64,000 nucleotides of DNA from an uncultured Actinomycetota bacterium (GTDB lineage Bacteria; Actinomycetota; Actinomycetes; Propionibacteriales; Nocardioidaceae), in the NCBI GenBank assembly GCA_963781575.1, contig CAWAGM010000003.1, positions 776-64,775 on the forward strand, given 5' to 3'. How positions within the stretch are numbered: position 1 is the first letter of the stretch; each line of letters starts with the position of its first letter. The position numbers were made by a program, and so were the translations under genes. Below the pieces are notes generated by a model, which saw only the letters and a program-made list of their open reading frames with translations, made no database searches and was not told where the DNA came from. This document shows positions 33,184-44,373 of this stretch, in pieces.

Positions 33184-34071
33184 TGGCCGACCCTCAGCGG
33201 CCCGCCACCCGCGAGATCCAGCCCTCCGGCGGCCTCGGCGTCCTGCTCAAGGCGGCGCTGCCGTCGATCCCGGTGGTCAAGGCGCTGCCCGGCATCCGCA
33301 AGGCGTCGGGCGACTTCGCCGGCCTCAGCTTCACGCGGCCGCCGGTGACCATCGAGCCGCGCGGACGTCGAGGCGTACGCCGCGGTCTGCGGGTTCCCGA
33401 ACAAGGACACCGTGCCGCTGCCCTACCCGCACATGCTGGCCTTCGGGCTGCAGATGGCGATCATGAGCGACTCGGCCTTCCCGGCGCCGGCGATCGGCAC
33501 GGTGCACCTCGAGAACTCCATCACCCAGCATCGCCCGATCGCCATCGGCGAGACTCTGGCGGTCACCGCCAGCGTCGGTACCGCGGTGCCGCACCCGAAG
33601 GGCACTGTCTACGAGTTCGTGACCGAGGTCCGGGCCGGCAACGAGCTGGTGTGGGAGGAGGTCTCGGCCTACCTGCGTCGCGGCCGCGGCAACGACGGGG
33701 CGTCGTACGGGATGGTCTTCCCCGAGGCCGTCACGACGGGCACGACGTGGAAGCTGCCCGCCGACCTGGGTCGCACCTACGCCTCGGTCTCCGGCGACCA
33801 CAACCCGATCCACCTCTACCCGATCACCGCCAAGGCGCTCGGGTTCCCGCGGCAGATCGCGCACGGCATGTGGACCCTGGCCCGTTGCACCGCAGCGCTC
33901 GAGAACCGTCTGCCGGACGCCGTCCGTGTCGACGTCGCGTTCAAGAAGCCGGTGCTGCTACCGGGCTCGGTCACGTTCGGATCGACCCCGGTCGACCAGG
34001 GCTATGCGTTCTCGCTCACCAACCCGAGGTCGGGAGCGCCGCACCTGGCCGGGAGGACTACCGCTGTCTGA
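33183..34071 (+). CDS. htdX: MaoC-like double hot-dog dehydratase (frameshift near 33355)
   Basis: YASVSGDHNPIH, IAHGMW; follows fabG4. Confidence 0.82.
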
Positions 34072-34921
34072 TGAGGCCCTCTTGGGCCACGGTCGCCACG
34101 AGAGTGCCGTCGGGCGTGTAGACGTGCCCGAGGGCGAGCCCTCGGGCGCCGCTGGCCGAGGGTGACCACTGGTCGTAGAGCCACCAGTCATCGACCTGGA
34201 AAGGCCGGTGGAACCAGATCGTGTGGTCGAGCGAGGCCATCTGCACCGCATGGGCTGAGACGTCGTGCGACGACAGCGTGGCGCCCAGGAGTGACACGTC
34301 GCTCGCGTAGGTGAAGGCGGCCAGGTGGTTGAGCCGGTCGTCGCCCACCTCACCGTTGATGCGGATCCACATGCGGGCCTGGGCCGTGGTGCGCGGGTCG
34401 AGCGACTCCAGGCCGTACTTGGTGTTGCCCAACCACCGCACGTCGAGGGCAGCCCACTCCTTGCCCAGTGCGTCTGCCTCCTCGTTGCCACCGCGGCGCA
34501 TGACGTCGACCAGGTCGAGGCCCTCCTCCGGGGGCTTCACCTCAGGCATGACGTCCTGGTGGCTGAGGCCGGCTTCTTCCTTCTGGAAGTTGAGTGTCTG
34601 GTAGTAGATCGGACGGCCATGCTGGCGCGCCATCACCCGGCGGGTCGCGAACGAGCGGCCGTCGCGGATTCGCTCGACGTCGTAGATGATCGGCACCGAG
34701 TAGTCGCCCGGCAGCAGGAAGTAGCTGTGCAACGAGTGCACGTGGAACTCGGGGTCGACCGTGCGAGCGCCGGCGATCAGGGCCTGTGCAGCCACCTGGC
34801 CGCCGTACACACGGGGGCGAACCGACTCGGGCTGGCTACCGCGGAACAGGTCGACGTCGAGGTACTCGAGATCGAGCAGGTGCAGCAGCTCCTGCGCGGC
34901 GGTCTGGTCGCTGGCGCTCAT
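34058..34921 (-). CDS. tesB: Acyl-CoA thioesterase II
   Basis: VYGGQVAAQAL, HSLHSYFL, RDGRSF, ASLDHTIWFH, VAQEG. Confidence 0.92.
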   Translation of the reverse strand: MSASDQTAAQELLHLLDLEYLDVDLFRGSQPESVRPRVYGGQVAAQALIAGARTVDPEFHVHSLHSYFLLPGDYSVPIIYDVERIRDGRSFATRRVMARQHGRPIYYQTLNFQKEEAGLSHQDVMPEVKPPEEGLDLVDVMRRGGNEEADALGKEWAALDVRWLGNTKYGLESLDPRTTAQARMWIRINGEVGDDRLNHLAAFTYASDVSLLGATLSSHDVSAHAVQMASLDHTIWFHRPFQVDDWWLYDQWSPSASGARGLALGHVYTPDGTLVATVAQEGLIRQR

Positions 34922-35841
34922 CGCTGGTCCTCCTCAGGACCCTCGAGTCCGGCCAGGAACTGCTCGAACTGCAGCCCGATCTCATCGCCGGTCGGGATCG
35001 GCTGGTCGTCGGCAAGCAGGCTCTGGCCGCTCTCCTCGGCCTCGGCGAACGTGTCGTACTGCCGCTCGAGCGCGTCGACCACTTCGCCGACCTCCTCGTT
35101 GGCGGCCAGGTAGCGGGTGATCTCACCCTCGCGCTCGCTCGCGGCGGTGCGGAGGTCGGTGAGGTCGATGGTGAGACGCCCGGCGCGCTCGACGTGCTCG
35201 AGCAGGACGGTCGCGGCCTGCGGGTAGTCGAGCTGAGCCAGGTAGTGCGGGATGTGCGCGACGAAACCTTGGGCGTCGTGGCCCCACTCGCCCAAGCGGA
35301 TCTCCATGAGCGCCTGCACGCTGCTGGGAACGCGCAGCTCACCACGCCAGGGACTGACCCCGCTGTTGAGCTCGGCCCGGTTCGCGTGATGGGTGATCGC
35401 GATCGGTCGCGTGTGCGGCACCGCCATCGGCACCGATCCCATGCCCACGACCAGCTGGACGTCGAAACGCGCGACGACCTCGCGAACCGCCTGCAGGAAC
35501 GCCTCCCAGCGGTTGTCGGGCTCAGGGCCCTGCAGCAGCAGGTAGGGCGTGCCGCCGGTGTCGCGCAGCAACCGGACAACCAGCCGCGGCGCGTCGTAGG
35601 CCTCGTAGTGATCGACGGCGAAGGTGACAGCGGGCCGCCGAGCGCGGTAGTCGTGGAACTGGTCGACGTCGAACGTGGCGACTACCGAGCCCCCGCCATT
35701 CAGCTCCGCGAGGTGCCGGGCTGCTATCGCCGCGGAGCTGCCAGCGTCGAGGAATCCGTCGAGCGCGACCACCATGACCCCGACAGGGCCGCCGAGATCG
35801 GGCACCTCGTCGACGATGTGGACCAGACGCTCAGAACTCAC
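34918..35841 (-). CDS. PAC2 (proteasome assembly chaperone) family protein
   Basis: LDGFLDAG, DYRARRP, GPEPD.RW, VPHTRP, HIPHYL. Confidence 0.88.
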   Translation of the reverse strand: MSSERLVHIVDEVPDLGGPVGVMVVALDGFLDAGSSAAIAARHLAELNGGGSVVATFDVDQFHDYRARRPAVTFAVDHYEAYDAPRLVVRLLRDTGGTPYLLLQGPEPDNRWEAFLQAVREVVARFDVQLVVGMGSVPMAVPHTRPIAITHHANRAELNSGVSPWRGELRVPSSVQALMEIRLGEWGHDAQGFVAHIPHYLAQLDYPQAATVLLEHVERAGRLTIDLTDLRTAASEREGEITRYLAANEEVGEVVDALERQYDTFAEAEESGQSLLADDQPIPTGDEIGLQFEQFLAGLEGPEEDQR

Positions 35842-35856
35842 CCGGCCACGATATTC

Positions 35857-37254
35857 CTACGGCGTCTCAGACGCCGTGGCGGGGCCAGGCTCGAGATCTG
35901 CATCCGACTCCGCCTCGAGGAACGCCGGGTCGTAGGTGGTGATCATCAGCTTCGCCCCGCGGCGGGCGAGCTGGTCGACACTCAGCTCGAGCAGTCTGGT
36001 GACGACCTGGCGGACGTCGGTCTCGGCGTCGGTCGCGGCGTCGGCCAACGCGTCGAGCAGGGTCCACGGAGCCTGGGCTCCGTACGTCGTGGCGAGGTAC
36101 TCGCAGGTCCACCACGCCAGGGCGTAGTGCGACTCGTAGTCGTCGTCGTTGAACTCGTCGTTGCCGGGCATCGCCCGCACCCCGCGTTCGACCGCCCGCA
36201 GCGCGGCGTCGGCAACCTGGCGATCCTCGGGCGCTAGGGCCTGCACCGAGACCCACTCGGCGAGCCCCTCCCCCAACCACAGCGGAGCCGCGTCGTCGCG
36301 CTCACCCACGGCCACATGGGTGAGCTCGTGGCGTATCAGTCGATCGCGGTCCGGGCGGGCGCTGGTGAGCACGCGCGGGTTGATGACGATGCGGGTGGCG
36401 GCGATCTCGTCGCGCCCCTCGATCACGTCGCCGGTGGGCACCGTGAACGCCACCGCGTCGAGGATCTCGGAGTCGCCTCCGGGGAGGTCCTCCAACCCAT
36501 CGAGGAACGCGACATCCGAGAGCGCGTAGACGACCACCTGCTGCGGCCAGGAGTACGGCACCCGCACACTGATGTCGGAGATCCCGCGCTCGACCGAGTC
36601 GAGCAGCTCCCGCGCCCGCGCCACCGACCCGTCGTCGAAGATCGCCAGCACGCCGGCTCCGGTTCGTACCTGGATCGGCCTGTCGTCCCACGGTTGCTCG
36701 AGGACGTCGTGGGCGATCTCCCACCCGCGGTCAGTGACCGAGCTCAACGCGAAGCGCTCCCCGGCCTCGTCGCCTACGGGGCTGAACCGGAAGCGGTCGA
36801 GAGTGCGCACCGGAGCGCCGTCGTAGCCGGCCAGCTGCTGGGTGATCGCCACGACGACCCAATAGCCACCCGACCCGGCCCGCACCAGGCTGGCCCGGTC
36901 GAGCTCGTAGTCGAACTCAGCCAGGGGCAGCTGGGCCAGGTTGGCGAAGTAGCCCCGCTGGGTGGCAGCGAACCCTGCCGGTCGGGAGTCGACGTCGGCC
37001 AGGAAGCCGGGTAGGTCACCGGCCCGCACAGCGGCCGCTCGGCGATCGAGGATCTTGGTGAACTCCCGAGCCAGGTCGGGCGGAACCGGCAGCCCCTCGA
37101 CGATCGAGGGCTCTACATCCGTGGCAGTAGTGGCGGCGGGGGCGGTCACGACGCCGTCGGCGGCGTCGGTCTCGTCGTCGGAGCACCCCCCGAGCACCAG
37201 AGCAGCGCCGAGCAGCAGTCCGCAGACGCGCTGGCTACGCCTGACGGTCGACAT
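35857..37254 (-). CDS. Lipoprotein with HEXXH zinc-peptidase-like domain
   Basis: VLGGC lipobox; RHELTHV; [11 protein letters not shown]. Confidence 0.7.
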   Translation of the reverse strand: MSTVRRSQRVCGLLLGAALVLGGCSDDETDAADGVVTAPAATTATDVEPSIVEGLPVPPDLAREFTKILDRRAAAVRAGDLPGFLADVDSRPAGFAATQRGYFANLAQLPLAEFDYELDRASLVRAGSGGYWVVVAITQQLAGYDGAPVRTLDRFRFSPVGDEAGERFALSSVTDRGWEIAHDVLEQPWDDRPIQVRTGAGVLAIFDDGSVARARELLDSVERGISDISVRVPYSWPQQVVVYALSDVAFLDGLEDLPGGDSEILDAVAFTVPTGDVIEGRDEIAATRIVINPRVLTSARPDRDRLIRHELTHVAVGERDDAAPLWLGEGLAEWVSVQALAPEDRQVADAALRAVERGVRAMPGNDEFNDDDYESHYALAWWTCEYLATTYGAQAPWTLLDALADAATDAETDVRQVVTRLLELSVDQLARRGAKLMITTYDPAFLEAESDADLEPGPATASETP

Positions 37255-39145
37255 CGACCAGCACGTGACCCGCCACCGCGGTGATGTCCTCGACGATGCC
37301 GAGCGCGAGAGCCTGGGGCGTGAGACCGATCCGCTCGAGGATGACGTTGCGCTTGGCATGCCCCAGGAACTCCTGCGGGATGCCGTGCAGCCGAAATGGT
37401 GTGGTGACGCCGGCGTCGTTGAGCGTCTGCAGCAGCACAGCCCCACAGCCACCGACGCGACCGTTGTCCTCGACGCTCACCACGAGGCGGTGCTCGCGGG
37501 CTAGCTCGACGATGGCCGGGTCGACCGGCTTGACCCAGCGCGGGTCGACGACCGTCACGCCGATGCCTTGGGCGACGAGCCGGTCGGCGACGTCGACCGC
37601 GATCGAGCACATCGATCCGACGGCGACGATGAGCACGTCCTTGGCGCCCCTGCGGGCGAGCACGTCGGCTCCCCCGGCTCGGCTGATCGTGGGCACGTCG
37701 TCGGGTGGCGGACCCTTCGGGAACCGCACCACCGTGGGTGCGTCAGCGACCTCGACGGCCTCGTCGAGAAGCTCCCGCATGCGGGTGGCGTCGCGGGGCG
37801 CGGCGAGGCGCAACCCGGGCACGACCTGCAGGATCGACATGTCCCACATGCCGTTGTGGCTGGCTCCGTCGTCGCCAGTGACGCCCGACCGGTCGAGCAC
37901 GAAGGTGACCCCGCACTTGTGCAGGGCGACGTCCATCAGAACCTGGTCGAAGGCGCGGTTCAGGAACGTCGCGTAGAGCGCGACGACGGGGTGCAGACCG
38001 CCGATGGCCAGGCCGGCGGCCGAGGTCGCGCCGTGCTGCTCGGCGATGCCGACGTCAAAGGTGCGATCGGGGTAGGCGGCCTCGAACTTGTGCAGCCCCA
38101 CGGGGTGCATCATCGCCGCGGTGATCGCCACGACGTCGCGCCGACGTGCCCCGAGCTCGACCATGTAGTCGGCGAAGTGGTCGGTCCAGATGGCGCCGCG
38201 AGCCTTCTCCTCACCGGTCTCGATGTCGAAGGGCTGCGGCGAGTGGAACTGGTCGGCCTCGTGCTGCTCGGCCGCGTCGTAGCCGAAACCCTTGCGGGTG
38301 ATGGCGTGCACGATGACCGGGCCCCCGAAGCGCTTGGCCTGGGTGAGCGCCTGCTCCATCGCGGCGCGGTCGTGGCCATCGATCGGGCCGACGTACTTCA
38401 GGCCGAGGTCCTCGAAGAGGCCCTGTGGTGCCAAAGCGTCCTTGAGGCCACGCTTCATCGCGTGCAGCGCGTCGTAGGCCGCTGGACCGACGCCCTTGAC
38501 GGAGTTCAGCCGCTTCTTGACGAGGTCGAGGATCTGCTCGTAGCGCGGGTTGGTGCGCAGCGCGGTGAGCGCGGTGGCGAGCCCGCCGATGGTCGGGGTG
38601 TAGGACCGGCCGTTGTCGTTGACGACGATCACCAACCGGCTGTCCTTGGCGATCGCGATGTTGTTGAGTGCCTCCCAGGCCATGCCTCCGGTGAGCGCGC
38701 CGTCGCCGATGACCGCGACGGTGTGCCGGTCCTCACCACGGATGCGGTAGGCCTTGGCGATGCCGTCGGCGTAGCTCAGCGCGGTGGAGGCATGGGAGTT
38801 CTCCACGATGTCGTGCACCGACTCGGCCTGGCTCGGATAGCCGCTCAGGCCGCCCTCGGAGCGGAGCCCGTCGAAGCTGGCGGCCCGCCCGGTGAGGATC
38901 TTGTGCACGTAGGCCTGGTGGCCGGTGTCAAAGACGAGGCGGTCGCGCGGGGAGTCGAAGACCCGGTGGATCGCCATCGTCAGCTCAACCACGCCCAGGT
39001 TCGGGCCGAGATGCCCACCGGTGCGCGCACACGTTGTCACCAGTAGGTCACGGATCTCCGCGGCCAGCGTGTCGAGCTGCTCGTCGGAGAGCCCGCGCAG
39101 GTCGCGCGGCTCGCTGATCGACGACAGCAGTGACCCCATGGACAT
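37235..39145 (-). CDS. dxs: 1-deoxy-D-xylulose-5-phosphate synthase
   Basis: [35 protein letters not shown]. Confidence 0.97.
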   Translation of the reverse strand: MSMGSLLSSISEPRDLRGLSDEQLDTLAAEIRDLLVTTCARTGGHLGPNLGVVELTMAIHRVFDSPRDRLVFDTGHQAYVHKILTGRAASFDGLRSEGGLSGYPSQAESVHDIVENSHASTALSYADGIAKAYRIRGEDRHTVAVIGDGALTGGMAWEALNNIAIAKDSRLVIVVNDNGRSYTPTIGGLATALTALRTNPRYEQILDLVKKRLNSVKGVGPAAYDALHAMKRGLKDALAPQGLFEDLGLKYVGPIDGHDRAAMEQALTQAKRFGGPVIVHAITRKGFGYDAAEQHEADQFHSPQPFDIETGEEKARGAIWTDHFADYMVELGARRRDVVAITAAMMHPVGLHKFEAAYPDRTFDVGIAEQHGATSAAGLAIGGLHPVVALYATFLNRAFDQVLMDVALHKCGVTFVLDRSGVTGDDGASHNGMWDMSILQVVPGLRLAAPRDATRMRELLDEAVEVADAPTVVRFPKGPPPDDVPTISRAGGADVLARRGAKDVLIVAVGSMCSIAVDVADRLVAQGIGVTVVDPRWVKPVDPAIVELAREHRLVVSVEDNGRVGGCGAVLLQTLNDAGVTTPFRLHGIPQEFLGHAKRNVILERIGLTPQALALGIVEDITAVAGHVLVDVDRQA

Positions 39146-39163
39146 GCTCGCGAGTTTACGTCG

Positions 39164-40104
39164 TCACAGTTCGAGGACGGCGACGGCGGGTTCGTGGAGG
39201 CTCCCCATCCACACTCGTCCCTCGTGCTCGCGGACGCCGGTGACCATGTGGTAGCTCGCGCCGTGGTCGGCGGGCTGCACGTCGAGGTCGTGCACCAGCG
39301 TGCCCTCCTCGTCGTAGGCCTGCACCCGGACCGTCCGCTTGGGCTTGGGCTGCAGCTTCTCGGGCAGCCGGGTGGCGCTCTTGCGCAGGAGCATCGGCGC
39401 GGTCTGCAGACGCTCGACGAGCGGGTCGGTCGGGCTGGCGATGGTCACCCAGATGAGGCCGTCGCTGCCGCGGGCAATGTTGTCGGGATAGCCCGGCAGG
39501 TTCGAGCAGAGCAGGTCGCGCAGGCCGGCTCGGTTGCCCGCGATCCAGCGGCGCACGACGGTCCGGGCCCCGGTTTCGGCTACCGCGACGAAGTCCTCGG
39601 ACGCCGAGAGCGCCACGCCGTTCGCGAAGGCCAGGCCGTCGAGCACGGTGTCGATGGTGCCGTCGGGGTTGAGCCGCAGCAGCCGGCCGGTGCGCGTGTT
39701 CTGCACGAAGTCGGACTTCCAGTCGTCGATGCCGAACTTGCGCGAAGAGTCGGAGAACCAGACCGTGCCGTCGCTGGCGATCGCGGCGTTGTTGCAGAAC
39801 TTCATCGCGGTGCCGCCGATCGAGTCGGTGACCGCCTCGATCGCGCCGCTCGCGGTCTCGACGCGGAGCAGCCCCTTGTAGGCGTCGCACACCAGGAGCC
39901 TGCCGTCGGTGTCGATCTCCAGGCCGAGTGGGCGCCCCTGGGTCTGGGCGATCCGGTCGACCTTCCCCCGTCGTGGCTGATCCGGAAGATCGAGCCGTCG
40001 GCCGTGCCGGTGAACACCGCTCCCTCGTCGGGTCCGGAGAGCCCGACGACGACGTCCTCCGCGCCGGGGCCGGGAACAGGAATCACTGAGAACGAGGTGG
40101 TCAA
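39164..40104 (-). CDS. SMP-30/gluconolactonase/strictosidine synthase-like beta-propeller (frameshift near 39960)
   Basis: GAEDVV, GRPLG, FCNN, FANGVAL, LPGYPDNI. Confidence 0.85.
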
Positions 40105-40523
40105 CGGGTGGCCAGCTTTCGGTAGACGGGTGAGGCGAGGAGTCGGGGCAGGGCGTACTGCGCGGAGAGCGTGAGCGGCAGGCCGCCAGCGACCTCAGGG
40201 TCGACGAAGACCATCTGGCGGCCCTCGTGGCACTCGACCTCGGTGAGGTCGGTGCCAGCGACGTAGAGCTCGCACGCGTCGTCGGTGCCGCAGACCGGGC
40301 TGAAGAACGTGAAGGCCCCGAACAGCTCGAGCCCGCCGGCGAGCTCGACGCCGGTCTCCTCGGCCAGCTCGCGGTAGGCCGCCTGCTCGTAGCTCTCGCC
40401 GTCCTCGACGCTGCCGCCTGGGAAGCCCCAGCACTCGGGGTCGATCACCGGGTGCTCGTCGCGCTCCTGCATCAGCATCCAGCCGCGAGCGTCGACGAGT
40501 GCGACGGAGGCGAACTGGTGCAT
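40101..40523 (-). CDS. NUDIX hydrolase
   Basis: GGSVEDGESYEQAAYRELAEETG Nudix box. Confidence 0.9.
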   Translation of the reverse strand: MHQFASVALVDARGWMLMQERDEHPVIDPECWGFPGGSVEDGESYEQAAYRELAEETGVELAGGLELFGAFTFFSPVCGTDDACELYVAGTDLTEVECHEGRQMVFVDPEVAGGLPLTLSAQYALPRLLASPVYRKLATR

Positions 40524-40556
40524 CGGGCCAACCTAACGCGCGGGCCTACGCGTCGG

Positions 40557-40928
40557 TCACAGGCGTGCGCGGTAGCGCGTGCCTCGCAGAGCGTCCTCGA
40601 CCAGGCCGACCTCGCGCCGGACGGCGCCGAGTCGTGCGTCCTCCTGGAACCAGGTCTCGACGGCGGCATCGATGACGTCGGCTGGCGCGATGTCGCGCAG
40701 CTCGGAGCGTGCCTCGCTCAGCCCGCGGCGGCACGCTGCCTGGCAGGCCTCGACGTGCAGCACGGCGAAGCGCGCGAGCACGACGATGTGGCGTCGCAGG
40801 GTCGGGTAGGAGCGGTACTCGGGAGGGCAGATGTCGAGCAGCCACGACTCGGCCGTCAGCTCCCACCGGGGCGCATCGGGGGGCCGGACGGCCGTGGGCC
40901 AGCCGGGAGGCGTGATCAAGCGAGACAT
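40557..40928 (-). CDS. Conserved-looking actinobacterial hypothetical protein
   Basis: PPGWP..VRPP...W...A..WLLD.CPPEYR.Y pattern; genome-like codon usage. Confidence 0.65.
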   Translation of the reverse strand: MSRLITPPGWPTAVRPPDAPRWELTAESWLLDICPPEYRSYPTLRRHIVVLARFAVLHVEACQAACRRGLSEARSELRDIAPADVIDAAVETWFQEDARLGAVRREVGLVEDALRGTRYRARL

Positions 40929-40936
40929 GGTGCGAC

Positions 40937-42229
40937 CTAGGTGCGTCGGTGGGGCGTGGGTGGGCTTGGTGCGGTGGACTCGTAGTGGTGGCCCGATGGA
41001 GTGCGCGTGACAACGGTGTGGCGCGGACCAGGAACCACGGACTGGTGCCAAGCGGGCGCTTCCTTGGCGAGGTTGCAGGCCAGGCAGTAGCCCTGCCCGT
41101 TGACCTCGCTGGTCTCTCCCCCGTCGGCTGCCCGGGCGACGTGGTCGCCGGTCGACGCGGGCGCGTCGCACCAGGGCGTGCGACAGATGCCCTGGTCGCG
41201 GATCTGAAGGAAGGTCGCCAGGGCGCCGCGATGGAACCGTTGGACCGAGGTCATCGCAACGAGGCAACCGTTGGGGTCTGCGTAGAACCGGCGCACGTAC
41301 TCGCCGTGCTCGGACGCCCACGCGCGGGCCGTGTGGGAGTCGACGGGTCCGTGGCCGGGCACGAAGCCCGGCTCGCTGCCGTCGTCGAACAGGGTCTCGT
41401 CGGAGATGACGAGGTTGACCGTCACCGGCACGGCGTCAGCGGTGGCCTGACCGGTGAGCCGTTCGACCAGGAGATCGGCCATCGCCGCAGGGTCGTGCTG
41501 AGCGTCGCGGTAGAGGCTCGCGTAGGCCGCGACGGCCTGCTCGAGCGGCAGGAGCGCGGTCAGGTACGACATCCCCGATGGCGCCGGACGGACCGAGACC
41601 CGGCGTTCTCCGGCGGCACGCTCCTTGGCGCGGGCGACCGAGCATGGGTCGAGGGCGTAGACCCGTTTGCGCGTCTCCGCCGCGAGCTGCCGGGTTCCCC
41701 ACGTCAGCGTCTCGCGGTGCTGGCCGCCGGCGAACAGGTCGGCGTCGACCTTGCGCCGGTCGTCGGAGTCGAGCACTCCGGTCTCGCGATCGACGACCAT
41801 CGCTCGGAACTCCGAGACGCGACCCGATCGCAGCGCGGCCGCAAGGTGCGGCAGGTCGCTGTGCAGGTCGCGGGCCAGTCCGAGCAGGGTGCTCGCCCGG
41901 TTCGGGGACTCCGCCCGAGCGAGTCCGATCATCGCCGCGACGCCGCGGCCTCGCTGCGCCCGCGGCACGCCGGCTGCTTCGTGCTGGGCTCGCACGGACC
42001 GGTCGAGATCGACCGCCAGGGCCGCCTGTGCCGCAGCCGCGGTGTTCTTGAGCTGCTCCAACGCTCCAAGCAGGTCGACCCGCTCGGCATCAGCCGATGG
42101 ATCAGCTCCCTGCGGCAGCCCCCGCCCGGTCACGGCGTCCGCGACCATCTGGCGCATCACGCTCACCACCTCGGCCGACAAGCCGTCTGGCGAGGAGGTG
42201 ACTGGGTGTTCGATGGTGCCCGAGACCAT
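40937..42229 (-). CDS. DUF222/HNH endonuclease (13E12-repeat-like)
   Basis: IRDQGICRTPWCD...DH...GG.T...NGQGYC..CN..K HNH; TPSGH.Y.S tail. Confidence 0.85.
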   Translation of the reverse strand: MVSGTIEHPVTSSPDGLSAEVVSVMRQMVADAVTGRGLPQGADPSADAERVDLLGALEQLKNTAAAAQAALAVDLDRSVRAQHEAAGVPRAQRGRGVAAMIGLARAESPNRASTLLGLARDLHSDLPHLAAALRSGRVSEFRAMVVDRETGVLDSDDRRKVDADLFAGGQHRETLTWGTRQLAAETRKRVYALDPCSVARAKERAAGERRVSVRPAPSGMSYLTALLPLEQAVAAYASLYRDAQHDPAAMADLLVERLTGQATADAVPVTVNLVISDETLFDDGSEPGFVPGHGPVDSHTARAWASEHGEYVRRFYADPNGCLVAMTSVQRFHRGALATFLQIRDQGICRTPWCDAPASTGDHVARAADGGETSEVNGQGYCLACNLAKEAPAWHQSVVPGPRHTVVTRTPSGHHYESTAPSPPTPHRRT

Positions 42230-42240
42230 GATTGATGATA

Positions 42241-42256
42241 TCGAACATCTGTTCGA
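42241..42256. promoter_or_regulatory. LexA SOS box
   Basis: TCGAAC-ATCT-GTTCGA, perfect actinobacterial consensus, next to the -10 of the HNH gene. Confidence 0.88.
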
Positions 42257-42432
42257 ACTGCAAGCATTTCTGCATTCCGGTGCCTACGCAGTGAGCGGCG
42301 GCCGAGCCCGGATCGCCGGACTGAGCAGCAGCAGGCTGTGCACCACAACGGTCACCGCCAGCACCGCGATCGCCGCCGCAACACGAACGCTCCGCCCTCC
42401 GTATCGTGGGCGGGCCTAGGGGAGGACAGAGA

Positions 42433-42969
42433 ATGCACGCGGTCTTCTACCGGAGCCTGAACCTTGGACACCGTGGCTCACCTACACGCGAACAGTTCGA
42501 GAGATCCTTGCTCGAGGCCGGTGCGCAGCGTGTGAAGTCATTCCAGACCAATGGCACCGCCTTGATCGTCGCGGACGACCCGGAACGCGTTGTCAGTGTT
42601 GCGGCCAGAACGCTCACCCAGTGCTCGGGGTACGCCGACGCCGCGATGGTGAGGACTGTCGCTACGCTGCGAGAGGTGCTTGATGCTGACCACTTCGCTG
42701 GCCACACGGACCAACGGACCTATCGGGAGACCTTCACCTTCTTTGAGGGGGTGCGTCGAGAACCCACCTGGTCTTTGCCCTGGACGAATCCGCGTGACGA
42801 CGTCGTCGTGATTCACGTGGCCAGCGGGGTCGCTTTGGGAATCATCCGCAAGGAGAGGAACACCGCGGGCAGCGTGACCGCAGAGATCGAGAAGAAGACC
42901 GGTGGTGTTGCCACCTCTCGAACCAAGGGAACCATCGAACGCCTCCTCAAAGCAGCCGAGCGCTGGTGA
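42433..42969 (+). CDS. DUF1697 family protein
   Basis: AVFYRSLNLG, G...VKSFQTNG, ATSRT; visibly more AT-rich than flanks. Confidence 0.65.
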   Translation: MHAVFYRSLNLGHRGSPTREQFERSLLEAGAQRVKSFQTNGTALIVADDPERVVSVAARTLTQCSGYADAAMVRTVATLREVLDADHFAGHTDQRTYRETFTFFEGVRREPTWSLPWTNPRDDVVVIHVASGVALGIIRKERNTAGSVTAEIEKKTGGVATSRTKGTIERLLKAAERW

Positions 42970-43054
42970 CCGGAAGGGTTCATCCCTCCCTCGTCGGCTA
43001 CTTGTCCATCGAGCTAGGACTGGTGCCTATCACGCAGCACCAGTAGGGACACAC

Positions 43055-43468
43055 TCAGTAAGACCCCAGCAGGCTGAACCGAACCTCACGCACCGCGTTG
43101 TCGACGTTCAGGTCGACCAGACAGATCGACTGCCACGTTCCCAGCGCCAAGTGGCCGTCGAGCACGGGCACGGTGGCGTAGGGCGGGATCAGCGCCGGCA
43201 TGACGTGCGAACGGCCGTGGCCAGGGCTGCCGTGCCGATGCTTCCAGCGGTCATCGGCGGGCAGCAGGTCGCGCAGCGCTTCGAGGAGGTCGTCGTCGCT
43301 GCCCGCCCCCGTCTCGAGAATGGCGATGCCCGCGGTGGCGTGCGGCACGAACACGTGGAGCAGACCGTCGCCGGCTCCCCAGCGCTGCAACCAGTCGGCA
43401 CAGTCTGCGGTCAGGTCGATCACCCGCTCGACGTCACCGGTTCGGTAGCTGAAGGTTTCGGACTCCAT
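43055..43468 (-). CDS. YjbQ/UPF0047 family protein
   Basis: VPHATAG, HRHGSPGHGRSH, LALGTWQ. Confidence 0.9.
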   Translation of the reverse strand: MESETFSYRTGDVERVIDLTADCADWLQRWGAGDGLLHVFVPHATAGIAILETGAGSDDDLLEALRDLLPADDRWKHRHGSPGHGRSHVMPALIPPYATVPVLDGHLALGTWQSICLVDLNVDNAVREVRFSLLGSY

Positions 43469-43483
43469 CGATCTTCCTCTCGG

Positions 43484-44065
43484 TCAGGAGGGCTGCACGT
43501 CGCCGAGGAACGCCGAGATCTCGCTCCTCGGTGATGCCTCCGGCGCACGAGGCCATCGGCTCCGGCGCGGTCGTGCCGCCGGCGTACTCGGTCAGGAACA
43601 GCGGCAACCGCGGATCGTCGACGCCCGTCAGGGCGAGCTGTCGCTCCCAGACGGTGACCACCACGGGCGCCGACAGGTCGGCGTACGGCGCCATGATCCC
43701 GTTGTCGGGCAGGGCACTGGCCAGTTGCTGGATCTCGTCGTCCGATAGCGCCTCGGGATCGTAGGCAAACCAGAAGGCGCCGTGCTCGAGGTCGTGAACA
43801 GCCATCTCGTCGGGCACGGGGTCTGCGTAGACACCGCACTCGAGCCAGGCCGGGAAGTGCGGGCCGCCCGGCGGCGGAGACTGCTGGTAGGCGTAGGGCT
43901 CGTTCACGTGGGTGGTCGGCAAGTCTTGAAGACGACGACTGCAGACAGGTCTGCCGGCGGCTCGTCCTCATCGGTCACCACCGCCAGCGCGGCACCGGTG
44001 CCGATCGAAAGCACCGCCACCGTGCCTGCCAGGGCGAGCGGCAGCCAGCGCCGCTCGTCACTCAT
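43484..44065 (-). CDS. DUF3105 domain protein (frameshifted)
   Basis: N-terminal TM; YQQSPPPGGPH...CGVY...AVHDLEHGA. Confidence 0.75.
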
Positions 44066-44357
44066 TCAGGGCGCGTTCGAGTCGCTCGACCTTCCCGGTC
44101 ATCTCCCCGGTTCGGCCGGGCCGGATGTCGGCCTTGAGCACGAGCCCGACCCTCGGCGACACCGCGGCCACCGCGTCGACGGCGCGCTTGACGACGTCCA
44201 TCACCTCGTCCCACTCCCCCTCGATGTTGGTGAACATCGAGTTGGTCTCGTGGGGCAGGCCGGACTCGCGGACGACGCGCACCGCCGCCGCCACGGCATC
44301 GGTCACTCCCCCGTCGGCGTCGCCGGAGGTCGGGCTGATGCTGAAGGCAACGATCAC
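44058..44357 (-). CDS. Thiamine-binding/MTH1187 family protein
   Basis: VAFSISP, SGLPHETNSMFTNIEGEWDE, LKADIRPG. Confidence 0.88.
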   Translation of the reverse strand: MIVAFSISPTSGDADGGVTDAVAAAVRVVRESGLPHETNSMFTNIEGEWDEVMDVVKRAVDAVAAVSPRVGLVLKADIRPGRTGEMTGKVERLERALNE

Positions 44358-44373
44358 CCGTTCAGCCTACGGT

